A model generated the notes under the pieces. The model had not been told where the DNA came from and ran no database searches. It saw only the letters and a program-made list of their open reading frames with translations. The position numbers and the translations under genes are program-made. From Candidatus Hadarchaeota archaeon (GTDB lineage: Archaea > CAYQAE01 > CAYVLA01): a DNA stretch of 59,106 nt. Numbering within the stretch: the first letter of the stretch is position 1; every line of letters starts with the position of its first letter. Positions 1 through 9,784 of this stretch are shown in pieces. The DNA lies in NCBI GenBank assembly GCA_964452145.1, contig CAYVLA010000010.1, positions 1 to 59,106 of the forward strand, in the 5' to 3' direction.

Positions 1-178
1 TCTCATAGGTCATCGCCGGGTCGTCACGAAGCCATTCCTGGATCGGTGACTCGCCCAGGGTCACATCTCCAATCAGCAGCAATCTGATCTTGCTGCTATC
101 GACCTGAGATGCCGAGGGGTTCACGCAGAGGAGAAGCACCAGCATGGCGAGGGCGAGCGTAGGCATGGTCCCTTTCAT
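1..178 (-). CDS. Partial (runs off the window) exported/membrane protein, paralog of 255..1508
   Basis: Manual translation from ATG 178: MKGTMPTLALAMLVLLLCVNPSASQVDSSKIRLLLIGDVTLGESPIQEWLRDDPAMTYE. Signal peptide, then a segment matching the neighbour's DPQGVIRVICIGE...ETPLPALIEGDPKVGYQ. Confidence 0.8.
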   Translation of the reverse strand, partial: MKGTMPTLALAMLVLLLCVNPSASQVDSSKIRLLLIGDVTLGESPIQEWLRDDPAMTYE

Positions 179-254
179 TGCAGTCCAAGCTGACTGTGCG
201 CCGACCCTCAAAAGGATTTCGGAGCGGGGAGAGAGCGGGGTCAAGAGGGGGGCC

Positions 255-1508
255 CTATCGCGCAGAGCCATCGTACTGCTTCCTTCCTCCTCCGCGCGTC
301 ACATAGACCTCGCGGTACATCTTCCGTCTCACCATCATCATATACGTGGCAACGCCGCAGACCATGGATGTCCCCGTTACCGTCAGCCATTCCACGACGT
401 AGATCCAGAGAAGGGCTCTGTCCTTCAGCCCCATGGCTCGTTGCTCCATATCTTTCAGCGATTCCATGCAGAGGTTGATCTGTTCTTCGGAGTCGAGGTA
501 TCTCTGATCCATGTAGAGTCCGCGGGCCTTCGCCAACAAAGCATCGGCCCGGGATAGTTCTCTGTGCAGATCCCCCACCGAGGCGCCGAACTTCTCGGCG
601 AAATCCATTATCGACAGTATCAGCCTCTTCCTATCCGCAAACGTGATCAGTGCTTTCCTGACCCGGTTCACGGAATAGACGTCTTCGGGCACCGCCTGGT
701 CGGCCAGCCAGTAGAACTGGTTCAGGAAGAAGTCGGGGTAGAAGCCCCATGTCTTCATTGCGAGCGAATCGAGCTTGTCCAAACCCGGCACGGTGCTGGC
801 GGTGCGTCCCTGCCCGTATCCCAACGTCACGATCGCGTGCTCTCCCCCTGGTTTGAACCACGCCACGGTTCGTGCGGCTTGCCTGGGAGTTTCGTATCCG
901 TATCTCCCGGAGACGAATAGGTAGTGTTGCCTCACTCCCGGCAGATCCACCATCGGGTTGCCCTCCTCCACCCGCAGTCCACCATCGGAGACCGGGATGG
1001 TCTTGCCCTCGGGGAGATCGGTCGCGAAGGCGGCATAGATGGATGTGGATTTCCAGTACTCGATTCCGCTTGCATAGGATACTAACGGGTCGTAGTTGAT
1101 CTCGTACTTCGCGAGTCCGCCCCCTTCCTCCCTGACCAGCCTCTCGATCCATTCCAGATGTTTGGGATCCATGAGCATGCCGTCGAAATCCGACAGTATG
1201 ACGAGATCGTAGGATTCCAAGAGTCCCTCATACGTCCTGGGTATGTAGATCCTGATGAACCTCTTCAAAGCTGCCAGACCTCCCCAGGCGAAGCTTGCCT
1301 CGCCCAGGTTGGCCGGAACCGCTTGATACCCCACCTTTGGATCCCCCTCGATCAGGGCTGGCAGGGGCGTTTCGGGGTAGTACGATTCACCGATGCATAT
1401 GACGCGGATTACGCCTTGCGGATCGGTTTTGGTCATTGCCGGAGTGACTAGAAGGATGTGGACTGCGACGGTCAAGGCGGCCAAGATCCCAAGAGTGCCT
1501 TCATCCAC
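255..1508 (-). CDS. Membrane-anchored protein with class I glutamine-amidotransferase-like domain, helical stalk and C-terminal TM
   Basis: 417 aa. N-terminal hydrophobic signal; IRVICIG and YDLVILSD strands typical of GATase-like/DUF1355-like folds; long amphipathic helices; TM (ALLWIYVVEWLTV...) followed by a basic tail. Confidence 0.6.
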   Translation of the reverse strand: MDEGTLGILAALTVAVHILLVTPAMTKTDPQGVIRVICIGESYYPETPLPALIEGDPKVGYQAVPANLGEASFAWGGLAALKRFIRIYIPRTYEGLLESYDLVILSDFDGMLMDPKHLEWIERLVREEGGGLAKYEINYDPLVSYASGIEYWKSTSIYAAFATDLPEGKTIPVSDGGLRVEEGNPMVDLPGVRQHYLFVSGRYGYETPRQAARTVAWFKPGGEHAIVTLGYGQGRTASTVPGLDKLDSLAMKTWGFYPDFFLNQFYWLADQAVPEDVYSVNRVRKALITFADRKRLILSIMDFAEKFGASVGDLHRELSRADALLAKARGLYMDQRYLDSEEQINLCMESLKDMEQRAMGLKDRALLWIYVVEWLTVTGTSMVCGVATYMMMVRRKMYREVYVTRGGGRKQYDGSAR

Positions 1509-1738
1509 CGTTTAGACCCCATCTCAGAGACCCCCTCCACCTGTAATAGCTTTTCCCGGGATCAGGACTTGCGGTCGGTGCCTGCCGCGGAATGCGGGGA
1601 CCCAGCTGGTCCGCCTGGGCATGCTCGATCGACTGTCAACCATGCTTCCCCTAGAGTTGGCATCTGTCCGGAAGCTTGGCGTGGCGAACGAACGAATGGA
1701 CAAAAGTCTTAAGAGGTATCCGTGGCCGAAGGCATCTG

Positions 1739-2356
1739 ATGCGCTTCATTGACATCTCTGTCCCAGTGGAGACGGGCATGTTCAGGTTCCCCAGACCCGA
1801 CCACGTAACCGTTTCGGTAACTGAGGAGGGCACCTACGAGGAGGTCGACTGCCGCACCAGCAGGATAGTCATGGGCAGCCATTCCGGAACACACATAGAT
1901 GCGCCGATGCATATGATCAAGGGTGGTCGGTCGGTTGACCAGATACCGCTGTCCGATCTCGTCGGGCCCGCGAGAATCCTGCGCATCAGGGCGGCGCCGG
2001 GGGAACGAATCGGTCGGGAAAGAGTCGATCCGGAGCTCATAGATGAGCCCAGAGTCGTGCTTGACAGCGGGTGGTACAAGAACTGGGGCACCGATGCCTA
2101 CTACGCCGACTTCCCGAGGGTAGGGGAGGATCTCGCCCATCTGCTCGTCGATCGAGGCGTGAAGTGCCTGGTCGTCGATCTGCCCCTGACGATGGATATA
2201 CACAACATCATCCTGGGGTCGGGGGGCTGTCAGGTTGAGAACGTCGTGGGCCTCGACCGGATATCGAGCGACAAGGTCTTCCTAGTTGCCCTCCCTCTCC
2301 GGGTCAAGGGCATTGACGGGGCGCCCGCGCGCGTCATCATCATCGAGGGGATGTAG
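1739..2356 (+). CDS. Cyclase-family metal-dependent hydrolase (kynurenine formamidase-like)
   Basis: HSGTHIDAPMH (HxGTHxDxPxH) motif and C-terminal DGAPARVI. ATG 1739 lies about 25 nt after CAAAAGTCTTAAG. Confidence 0.88.
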   Translation: MRFIDISVPVETGMFRFPRPDHVTVSVTEEGTYEEVDCRTSRIVMGSHSGTHIDAPMHMIKGGRSVDQIPLSDLVGPARILRIRAAPGERIGRERVDPELIDEPRVVLDSGWYKNWGTDAYYADFPRVGEDLAHLLVDRGVKCLVVDLPLTMDIHNIILGSGGCQVENVVGLDRISSDKVFLVALPLRVKGIDGAPARVIIIEGM

Positions 2357-3202
2357 ATGAGGTTGGTCAGATTCGAACATGACGGCAGAACCTTCCTCGG
2401 CCTAGAGGAGGATGAAACCATTGTGAGGCTCAATGTGGAGCCGGACATGTGCAAGCTGATCGCGGGATACGCAGACAGGATGGGCGAGCTGGGCATCATC
2501 GCGAGCCAGGCCGGGCCAGAGAGCCACGTGCCCGCCGAGGAGGTCCGGGTCCTGGCCCCAATCATGAGGCCAGGGAAGATCGTGTGCCTTGGCAGGAACT
2601 ACGCAGCTCATGCCCAGGAGTCGGGAGCGCCGATTCCCGACGAACCCATAATCTTTCCCAAAGCCTCGAGCGCCGTGATAGGTCCAGGGGACGCCATCGT
2701 CCACCACCGGATATGCAAGAGGGTGGACCACGAGGTGGAGCTGGGCGTTGTCATCGGCGAACCGGCATGGAGGACGCCAAGATCGAAGGCAATGGAAAAG
2801 GTCTTCGGATACACCGTTGTCAACGATGTCTCGGCGCGTGAGATGCAGAAACGTGACATCGAGGCCAGGAATCCGTGGTTCAGGTCCAAGAGCTTGGACA
2901 CATTCTGCCCTATGGGCCCGCGGATAGTGACCCGAGATGAGGTTGGCGATCCGCAGGATCTCTCCCTTGAGTGCCGGGTGAGTTCGAAGGTCAGACAGAA
3001 GGGGAATACGCGGGACATGATCTTCCCAATCGACCGCCTTATCGAGTTCATCTCCATGCACATGACCCTGGAACCCGGGGACGTCATCTCGACCGGGACG
3101 CCCGAAGGCATCAGCCCTATTCTGCCAGGAGATATCGTCGAATGCGAGGTCGAGAAGGTGGGTCTGTTGTTCAACCCAGTCGTGGAGGATACGTTTCCTT
3201 AG
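2357..3202 (+). CDS. Fumarylacetoacetate hydrolase (FAH) family protein
   Basis: CLGRNYAAH, DHEVEL, NDVSAR, KSLDTFCPMGP and STGTPEG motifs. Confidence 0.92.
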   Translation: MRLVRFEHDGRTFLGLEEDETIVRLNVEPDMCKLIAGYADRMGELGIIASQAGPESHVPAEEVRVLAPIMRPGKIVCLGRNYAAHAQESGAPIPDEPIIFPKASSAVIGPGDAIVHHRICKRVDHEVELGVVIGEPAWRTPRSKAMEKVFGYTVVNDVSAREMQKRDIEARNPWFRSKSLDTFCPMGPRIVTRDEVGDPQDLSLECRVSSKVRQKGNTRDMIFPIDRLIEFISMHMTLEPGDVISTGTPEGISPILPGDIVECEVEKVGLLFNPVVEDTFP

Positions 3203-3214
3203 AGGCCGACCATC

Positions 3215-4318
3215 ATGGCAGAGCCCATCGATCTGGGGAAACTGCTCTGCGATCTTGTGGACGTTCAGAGCGTCACTGGCAACGAGTCTGCGATCATTCG
3301 CTTCCTTGAGGAGATGCTGCGGGAGCTGGGGGCAAGCATCAGGCGTTTCCCCATGGAAGGTGACAGATACAACCTGCTGGCTACGATAGGGAAGGGAAGG
3401 CCCGTGCTGTGTCTGAACGCGCATGCGGACACCATGCCCCCGTGTGGGTCATCCGTTGCGAAATCCTGCTCGAACGGCGGTCTCATCAGGGGGCTTGGAT
3501 CGTGTGACGACAAGGCGAGCATTGCGTCCATGCTCGGGGCGTTTTCCTCTGCGGTCGATGATGGGCTTTCGGGCCGCCTTGATCTGCTGATCTCGGTAGA
3601 CGAGGAGGTGTCCAGCCGCGGCGTCAGAAGCTGCGTTGAGGCAGGGTATCGTTGCGACTTCGCCGTCGTGGGCGAGCCGACGGGGCTCGCCCCCGTGGTG
3701 GCCCACGGAGGCCTGATCTTCCTGGACCTGGCGACCAAGGGGACCGGCGGGCACGGATCTTCTCCCTGGACGGGAAGAAACGCGATAGTATCGATGGTCT
3801 TCCTCTACAGGGACCTGGACGCCCTCGTCTCCAGCTTTCCGAGCCATGGACTGGTGGGACGGCCCTCGACCAATCTGGGATTCATCAAAGGGGGGGACTC
3901 GACCAACAGGATCCCCGAGAGCTGCCAGGCCGGAGTCGACGTTCGGGTGATGCCCGGCACCCGCGTTGAGGACGTGCTGAGGGCAATCGAGAGGATGTTC
4001 GCTGGCAGGGAGGCGACCTTCAGCGTCTTCAAGAAGGGAGATCCGATGGAGGCTGTAAGGGGATCGAAACTTCTGGAAGCCGTTGACAAGGCCCAGCAGG
4101 ACGTTCTGGGAGTCTTAATCGAGCCAAGAGGGTTCCGTGGCTGGACCGAGGCCGATCCCCTCCGGAACATTGCCGGCGCCGATGTGTTGGTCATGGGGCC
4201 GGGGCAGATCGCTCAGGCCCACTCACCGGAGGAGTACGTGGAACTGGAGCAGGTACAGCGCGCCTGTGAGATCTATACCCACCTAGTCAGGCAGCTTGTC
4301 GGGGGCGGAGCATCGTGA
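3215..4318 (+). CDS. M20 family metallopeptidase/deacylase (ArgE/DapE-like)
   Basis: HADT, GSCDDK, DEE, GEPT, GG..TNRIP and AHSPEE motifs. Confidence 0.9.
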   Translation: MAEPIDLGKLLCDLVDVQSVTGNESAIIRFLEEMLRELGASIRRFPMEGDRYNLLATIGKGRPVLCLNAHADTMPPCGSSVAKSCSNGGLIRGLGSCDDKASIASMLGAFSSAVDDGLSGRLDLLISVDEEVSSRGVRSCVEAGYRCDFAVVGEPTGLAPVVAHGGLIFLDLATKGTGGHGSSPWTGRNAIVSMVFLYRDLDALVSSFPSHGLVGRPSTNLGFIKGGDSTNRIPESCQAGVDVRVMPGTRVEDVLRAIERMFAGREATFSVFKKGDPMEAVRGSKLLEAVDKAQQDVLGVLIEPRGFRGWTEADPLRNIAGADVLVMGPGQIAQAHSPEEYVELEQVQRACEIYTHLVRQLVGGGAS

Positions 4319-5454
4319 AAATATCCCGTGTGGACATCCTTCCCGTCTCGGTCCCGTTCATCGAGCCATTTGTAATCGCCGGAGGGAGAGCATGCCACGG
4401 AAGACATGTGGTGGTCCGGGTCGTATCCAAGGATGGCGAGGTCGGGTATGGCGAATCGGCGCCCATGTCGTCCTACTCGTCCCAGACACAGGAAAGCGTT
4501 GTCGGCGAGATAGAGCGGGTCAAGAGCCTCCTGATCGGCAAGCAGGCCCTGGATCTGGGGGCCATCCACCTTCTACTGGATCAGGCAGGGACAGACTGCT
4601 TCGCCAGGGCGGGCCTCGACATCGCTCTCCACGACCTGATCGGAAGGAGCCTCGGACTGCCCATCTGCCAACTTCTGGGCGGACCGGTAGCGGAAGGGGT
4701 GGACCTCTCTTGGGCGATAGGTTTCAAACCGGCCGAGGAAATGGCAAAGGAGGCGAAAAGGTACGCCAGCATCGGCTTCAAAACGGTGAAGATTAAGATC
4801 GGCGACGAGCCCGGAATGGACGTTGAGAGGGTGGCATCGGTGCGCGAGGCAGTGGGCCCAGATGTCATCGTCAAAGTCGACGCGAATCAAGGCTACGATC
4901 TGGGGACCGCGGTGGCAGTTGGCCGAGAGCTGGAGAGATACGACATCGCAGTGTTCGAGCAACCCCTTCCCCGAGATGCTCTCGACGATTTGGCCGAACT
5001 GCGCCGCAGGGTGAGGATACCCTTGATGGTGGATGAGAGCCTCTATGGACCGAGGGATGCCCTTGAGATTCTGAGGAGGAGGGCAGCCGACATCTTCAAC
5101 ATCAAGATCATGAAGCCTGGTGGGATTCGACCCTCAGCCAAGCTTGTCAGCCTCGCGGAAGGGGCTGGCATGCCATGCATGCTTGGGAGCATGCCCGAGT
5201 TGGGAATAGGCACTCTGGGCGGGCTACAGTTGGCCGTGACATCCAAAGCATTCACCTGGGGTGCGGAGCTGATAGGTCCCTGGATGTTCGGAGACGATCT
5301 CTTGAGGCGCAAACCCAGGCTTGTCGAGGGGAGGCTGATGCTGCCTAGAGGGCCGGGGATTGGGGTCGATGTTGACGAGCGCAAGGTCGAGAGGCACGCA
5401 TGCCCGGGCGAAGATGATCCAAAGCGTGGCAAGTCGGACCGACCGACACATTGA
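4315..5454 (+). CDS. Enolase-superfamily enzyme, muconate-lactonizing/N-acylamino-acid racemase subgroup
   Basis: KxK (VKIKIG), metal ligands DANQ/EQP/DES, NIKIMK, GSMPE, GAELIGP. 4-nt overlap with the upstream gene. Confidence 0.88.
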   Translation: MKISRVDILPVSVPFIEPFVIAGGRACHGRHVVVRVVSKDGEVGYGESAPMSSYSSQTQESVVGEIERVKSLLIGKQALDLGAIHLLLDQAGTDCFARAGLDIALHDLIGRSLGLPICQLLGGPVAEGVDLSWAIGFKPAEEMAKEAKRYASIGFKTVKIKIGDEPGMDVERVASVREAVGPDVIVKVDANQGYDLGTAVAVGRELERYDIAVFEQPLPRDALDDLAELRRRVRIPLMVDESLYGPRDALEILRRRAADIFNIKIMKPGGIRPSAKLVSLAEGAGMPCMLGSMPELGIGTLGGLQLAVTSKAFTWGAELIGPWMFGDDLLRRKPRLVEGRLMLPRGPGIGVDVDERKVERHACPGEDDPKRGKSDRPTH

Positions 5455-5507
5455 AGGCGGCTCGGAGCCCCATAGCCGAGTTCGCAGATGGCGGAGGGTT
5501 GTGGCAG

Positions 5508-7154
5508 ATGAACCGAAGGCGAATGGTGTCAGGGATTGTGGGCATCCTAGTCCTGCTGCTCGCCCTGGTCATCATAGAGCGGATGGGCCCGAAGGACACT
5601 TCGAAGCCCAATCAGTCGGATAACCTCAGCTGGAGAGGGCTGGAGCGTCATGGCTACTTCGAGGTCTTCGACTACTTCATATCATCGTACTTCCGCGACG
5701 AACTGGCATCGGATCCGGCTTACTCTGGACGCAATTGGACCAGCAACTCGGCTCACATCAGGAACGCAGCATCACAATCCAACATCATCGTGGTTCCGCA
5801 CGCTGTGGAGAATCCCAGGGCGTACTTCTATGATCCCTACTACATGGATGCCTGTCGGGAGAACGGACTTGAGGTGATACTCTTCGTGCATACCCTGGCC
5901 AAGTATGCCTACTTCCTGGACCCGAGGCCGAGCTCGGACGAGGAGAAGAGGGAGCTCTTCATCCAGGAGCTTCGGACCTACGAAGAGAGGTTCCGTCCGT
6001 ACAGGGATGACATCGTCGCGATCTATGTCTACGATGAACCATGGGTACGGCCCCTTAACGTTACACCCGGGATGCTGGTTGAGATGTGTCAGGCCGCCAA
6101 ATCCGTCTTCTGGGACAAGCCCGTGATGGTGATGTTCCACAGACAGGGCAATGCCTACTCCTATTCCCTTCCCAACGGGAGCGTTGTGAGATACGATGAC
6201 TGGATTGGCCAGACCCCGGCGATCTGCGACATCGTAGGGATCGATCCCTACTTCTATGCCTACCGCGACGATCAACCTCCGCTCTATCGCCGCACCGGGG
6301 ACCGGACCATGGTGGAAAGAGACACCTCCTGGGCGTGCTCCTTCAACCGCACGGTTGCCCTGGTCGGTCAGGCTTTTGATCCGGGACAGGGGGCCTTCTT
6401 CGAGAGGGACAACACTGATCCCAAGATTTCCATCTCCGACGGTTTCGAGGTGGGTGGACCAGCCGGGATTCCACCAGGATGGTCGGTTTCGGGTGAGGGG
6501 ATCGGGTTGACGGACTCGGTAAGCCATCTCGGGCGCAGCTCGTTGCTCATGACAGGAACCGCTGGCGGTTCGGCGGCGTCCTACGATTTCACCCAGGTCC
6601 ACAGCGTCAAGGTCTCCTTTCACATTGCGTTTGACTACGGCAACCCGAACGTCTGGATCACGCTGGGCAATGGCGACGGCGAACCGGTCAGGCTCGGGTT
6701 CCAGGGGAGGGAGATGACCATACACGACGGAACCCGGGTGGAGGTGATCAACCGTTCCGTTGATGTCAGCCCTGGGTCTTGGCACCTGGTGACGATCGAC
6801 GCGGACGCCGACGCCCATAGGTGGACCGTTTCCTTCGATGGAGAGGTCCAGACTCGCCTCCCCTATGCCGTTCTTCCCTCCACATTCTCCAGAATCCGGC
6901 TCCTAGCCATGGAGAATTCGACCCGGGGGTGGCTGGATGATCTGAGGATCTGGAGGGATTGGTCCTTCATACCCCTTGACGAGAACGAGACCATGCTTTA
7001 CTATGACGTCGCGAAGAAGCATCCCCAGGTCCGGATGCTGCTCTGGTACCAGTACCACGACTCCTTCGCATCGGCTCTGGTGATCGAACGCGACCAACTC
7101 CAGGTCGAGAATGTCTGGGAGGTTCAACGGAGGATATGGGAGATGATCGGCTGA
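5508..7154 (+). CDS. Membrane-anchored glycoside-hydrolase-like TIM-barrel protein with an inserted ConA/lectin-like beta-sandwich
   Basis: MNRRR plus TM anchor; YVYDEP, CDIVGIDPY, VGQAF and MLLWYQY barrel strands; beta-rich block DGFE...PPGW...GSWHLVTI...WLDDLRI. Confidence 0.55.
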   Translation: MNRRRMVSGIVGILVLLLALVIIERMGPKDTSKPNQSDNLSWRGLERHGYFEVFDYFISSYFRDELASDPAYSGRNWTSNSAHIRNAASQSNIIVVPHAVENPRAYFYDPYYMDACRENGLEVILFVHTLAKYAYFLDPRPSSDEEKRELFIQELRTYEERFRPYRDDIVAIYVYDEPWVRPLNVTPGMLVEMCQAAKSVFWDKPVMVMFHRQGNAYSYSLPNGSVVRYDDWIGQTPAICDIVGIDPYFYAYRDDQPPLYRRTGDRTMVERDTSWACSFNRTVALVGQAFDPGQGAFFERDNTDPKISISDGFEVGGPAGIPPGWSVSGEGIGLTDSVSHLGRSSLLMTGTAGGSAASYDFTQVHSVKVSFHIAFDYGNPNVWITLGNGDGEPVRLGFQGREMTIHDGTRVEVINRSVDVSPGSWHLVTIDADADAHRWTVSFDGEVQTRLPYAVLPSTFSRIRLLAMENSTRGWLDDLRIWRDWSFIPLDENETMLYYDVAKKHPQVRMLLWYQYHDSFASALVIERDQLQVENVWEVQRRIWEMIG

Positions 7155-8209
7155 GGAAGATGGTCGCCGCTGCAGCCTTGCCTTTGCTTCTCTTGCTAGT
7201 TGAAACCTCTTGGGCGCGTATGGACTTCGCCATCTCGGCCGTTGCGGTTTCGCAGCCAGGGTTGTCGATGCCCACCTCCATCGCCTACCACCCGTGGGGT
7301 CTGTGGGTCGTATCCGATACGGGAAACGATCGCGTCGTCCTTTTCAACCGGGATCTGTCGATGAATAGGACAGTGGAGGGCACGTTCAGGAGGCCCAGAG
7401 GCCTGGCCGTGGACGATGCTGGGAGGATATGGGTGGTTGACGGGGGCAACGACAGGGTTGTTGTCCTTGATCCTTTTCTATCGCTTGTCGCATCCGTGGG
7501 ATCTAGCGGGGACGGCATCGGCCAGTTCCGATCCCCCTGGGGCATTGCCATCGACTCGATGGGAAGGGTCGCGGTTGCGGATTCCCTGAACAGGCGGGTG
7601 CAAGTCATGGATGGGACCCTGCAGATTCTGGGCGTCATCGGTTCCTGGGGCACACGGCCCGGGGAGTTCGATGGGCCGTTGGATGTGGCCTTCGATTCGC
7701 TGGACAGGTTGTTCGTCGTTGACACCTACCTGGAGGCCGAGGGATTTGTCAGAAGGGTTCAGGTGTTCAACCCGGATCTCACTTTCAATGCTACAATCTG
7801 GGACATAGAAAGCCGGCTCAGGTTCACGCGCCCGGTTGGAATCGGGATCGGAGGGGATGATGTCGTGGCCGTGGCCGACTTCCTCGCCAACCGGATCTAC
7901 CTGTTCGACCGTGAGGGTCAACACATGGGCGGCTTCAGCGTCGTGCCGAATCAGCCTGATGTTTTCCGTCCCTATGATGTCGCTTTCGCCTGCGTGGCTG
8001 ACGGCTATTCCTATCTGGGTCTGATCGAAAAGGAACCCGGCAGGATCAGGGTCGTCAGATTCTCCGTCTCAGAGATGCAGGCCGCGGCCCTTCTTTGTCT
8101 GACCCTCCCGGTGGCGGTCCGTCGGTGGTTGCCGTGCGGACATCTGGGCAGCAAGCAACAGCCTTCGGGGTGGAGCCAGACCAGGTCGAGGTCGCCCGAA
8201 AGCCTTTAA
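7136..8209 (+). CDS. Exported NHL-repeat beta-propeller protein (alternative start 7160)
   Basis: Repeated P.GLAVD...VVD.GNDRV.V units, GQFRSPWGIA and GEFDGPLDVA; signal peptide and C-terminal hydrophobic segment. Confidence 0.88.
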   Translation: MGDDRLRKMVAAAALPLLLLLVETSWARMDFAISAVAVSQPGLSMPTSIAYHPWGLWVVSDTGNDRVVLFNRDLSMNRTVEGTFRRPRGLAVDDAGRIWVVDGGNDRVVVLDPFLSLVASVGSSGDGIGQFRSPWGIAIDSMGRVAVADSLNRRVQVMDGTLQILGVIGSWGTRPGEFDGPLDVAFDSLDRLFVVDTYLEAEGFVRRVQVFNPDLTFNATIWDIESRLRFTRPVGIGIGGDDVVAVADFLANRIYLFDREGQHMGGFSVVPNQPDVFRPYDVAFACVADGYSYLGLIEKEPGRIRVVRFSVSEMQAAALLCLTLPVAVRRWLPCGHLGSKQQPSGWSQTRSRSPESL

Positions 8210-8236
8210 TGAGCATAGGGCCCCACCGGGGGACCG

Positions 8237-8491
8237 ATGACATTGTCCAAAGCGATTCTGGTCGGCCTAGGCATCACGACGGGCGTCGTGCTGCTGGTGG
8301 CTGGAGTCTTCATAGTCGGGTTGTTGTTCATCAAGCTTCTCTGGGCATGGATAGTCAAGGACCTGTTTCCAGGGGCCGTGGAGCAAGGCTTGATTGCACC
8401 CAAGATATCGTGGTTGTCCAGCTTCAAGCTGGCTCTGGTTCTGGCTATTCTCTCCTTCTTCTGGGGGCGGGGATCAAGCCACCGTGACTGA
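8237..8491 (+). CDS. Small two-TM membrane protein, function unknown
   Basis: 84 aa, two hydrophobic segments flanking LFPGAVEQGLIA; same direction as the operon. Confidence 0.7.
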   Translation: MTLSKAILVGLGITTGVVLLVAGVFIVGLLFIKLLWAWIVKDLFPGAVEQGLIAPKISWLSSFKLALVLAILSFFWGRGSSHRD

Positions 8492-8577
8492 GGAGTTTCT
8501 CCCTAGAAGGCCCTCACAAGTCCGAGTCCGATAAGAGTTATAAGATATTCTGCGCGCCCCGTCCCGAGGCGTCCTGA

Positions 8578-9717
8578 TTGGAGAAGAAGCTACTGGTAAG
8601 TGCGGGCTTCCACAACCGCACCTTCACGCCTGTGAGCGTTGTCCTACCAGCGAAGATCGATAGTGCCATTCTTTACGACGAGAATGGGAACCAGATTCCG
8701 TGCCAGTTTGAGCCTTTGGGGGACAGCACGCAGGTTTGCTTCATCGTCGCCAGACTGGAGTCGGGAAGAACCGCTCAGTATGTCCTGAAGACCGGTGAGA
8801 AGGCAAAGGAGACACCCGGCGTCGGCCTGGCAACAAGCGGCGACAGCATAGCCGTGAACATCTCCGGCAAACATTTCACCAGCTACGTTTTTGGCGGAGC
8901 AGACTTCGTAAGACCGTACATCTTCCCGGTCTACGCGCCCTGCGGGGCCAAAGTCACCCGGTCGTACCCAATGGTGGCGGGAGTCCCAGGGGAGACCGCC
9001 GACCATCGCCACCACCGATCGATCTACGTGGCCTACGGGGATGTGAACGGAGTTGACAACTGGAGCGAGGAGAAGAGCCACGGCCGCACTGTCCACAAGA
9101 GGTTTCTTGCCAAGCTGTCAGGTCCCGTCTATGGTAAGATCTCCACCGGCAACGACTGGGTGAGTTCTGATGGCAAGAAGGTCATGGAGGAGCAGACCAC
9201 CTTCACCTTCTACAACGTCGTCAGCGGAGGCCACATCTTCGACGCTTTCATCAAGTTTGCCGCAACCGAGGGCAAGGTCGTCTTCGGGGACACAAAGGAG
9301 GGCGGGATAATCTCGGTCCGGATGGCTAGCTCCATCGACGTGCCCAGGGGAGGGACGATCGTCAACTCCTACGGCGGCGTGAACGAGAAGGAGACATGGG
9401 GCAAGAAGGCGCATTGGTGTGACTACTACGGTCCGGTCGAGGGAAAGGTGGCGGGAATCGCGATAATGGACCATGCTGGCAACCTGCGCCACCCAACGAA
9501 CTGGCATGTCAGGAACTATGGCCTGATGACCGCAAACTGCTTCGGCCTGTCCCACTTCTATGGCGACAAGTCGATCCGCGGCGATTACACGCTCGAGGAT
9601 GGCAAGGAGCTGATCTTCCGCTACAGGCTCTACATCCACGACGGCACCACGGCCCAGGCGGACGTGTCGGGCAAGTACCATGACTACATCAACCCACCGA
9701 CGGTGGAGATCCAGTAG
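8578..9717 (+). CDS. DUF6807 (PF14100, 'PmoA family') soluble protein
   Basis: RPYIFPV, DHRHHRSI, GDTKEGG, WCDYYG and WHVRNYGLMTANCFG motifs; TTATAAG box about 30 nt upstream. Confidence 0.75.
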   Translation: MEKKLLVSAGFHNRTFTPVSVVLPAKIDSAILYDENGNQIPCQFEPLGDSTQVCFIVARLESGRTAQYVLKTGEKAKETPGVGLATSGDSIAVNISGKHFTSYVFGGADFVRPYIFPVYAPCGAKVTRSYPMVAGVPGETADHRHHRSIYVAYGDVNGVDNWSEEKSHGRTVHKRFLAKLSGPVYGKISTGNDWVSSDGKKVMEEQTTFTFYNVVSGGHIFDAFIKFAATEGKVVFGDTKEGGIISVRMASSIDVPRGGTIVNSYGGVNEKETWGKKAHWCDYYGPVEGKVAGIAIMDHAGNLRHPTNWHVRNYGLMTANCFGLSHFYGDKSIRGDYTLEDGKELIFRYRLYIHDGTTAQADVSGKYHDYINPPTVEIQ

Positions 9718-9784
9718 ACCGGTGGCCGTGGCATAGCGATCATACGCACGAGTTTTCAAGGGGCCCTGACTAGGTCAGCCCCTG

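Noticed and set aside
8578..9717. Methane monooxygenase PmoA
   Set aside because: Soluble beta-rich protein of the misnamed PF14100/DUF6807 family; no TM helices and no pmoB/pmoC.
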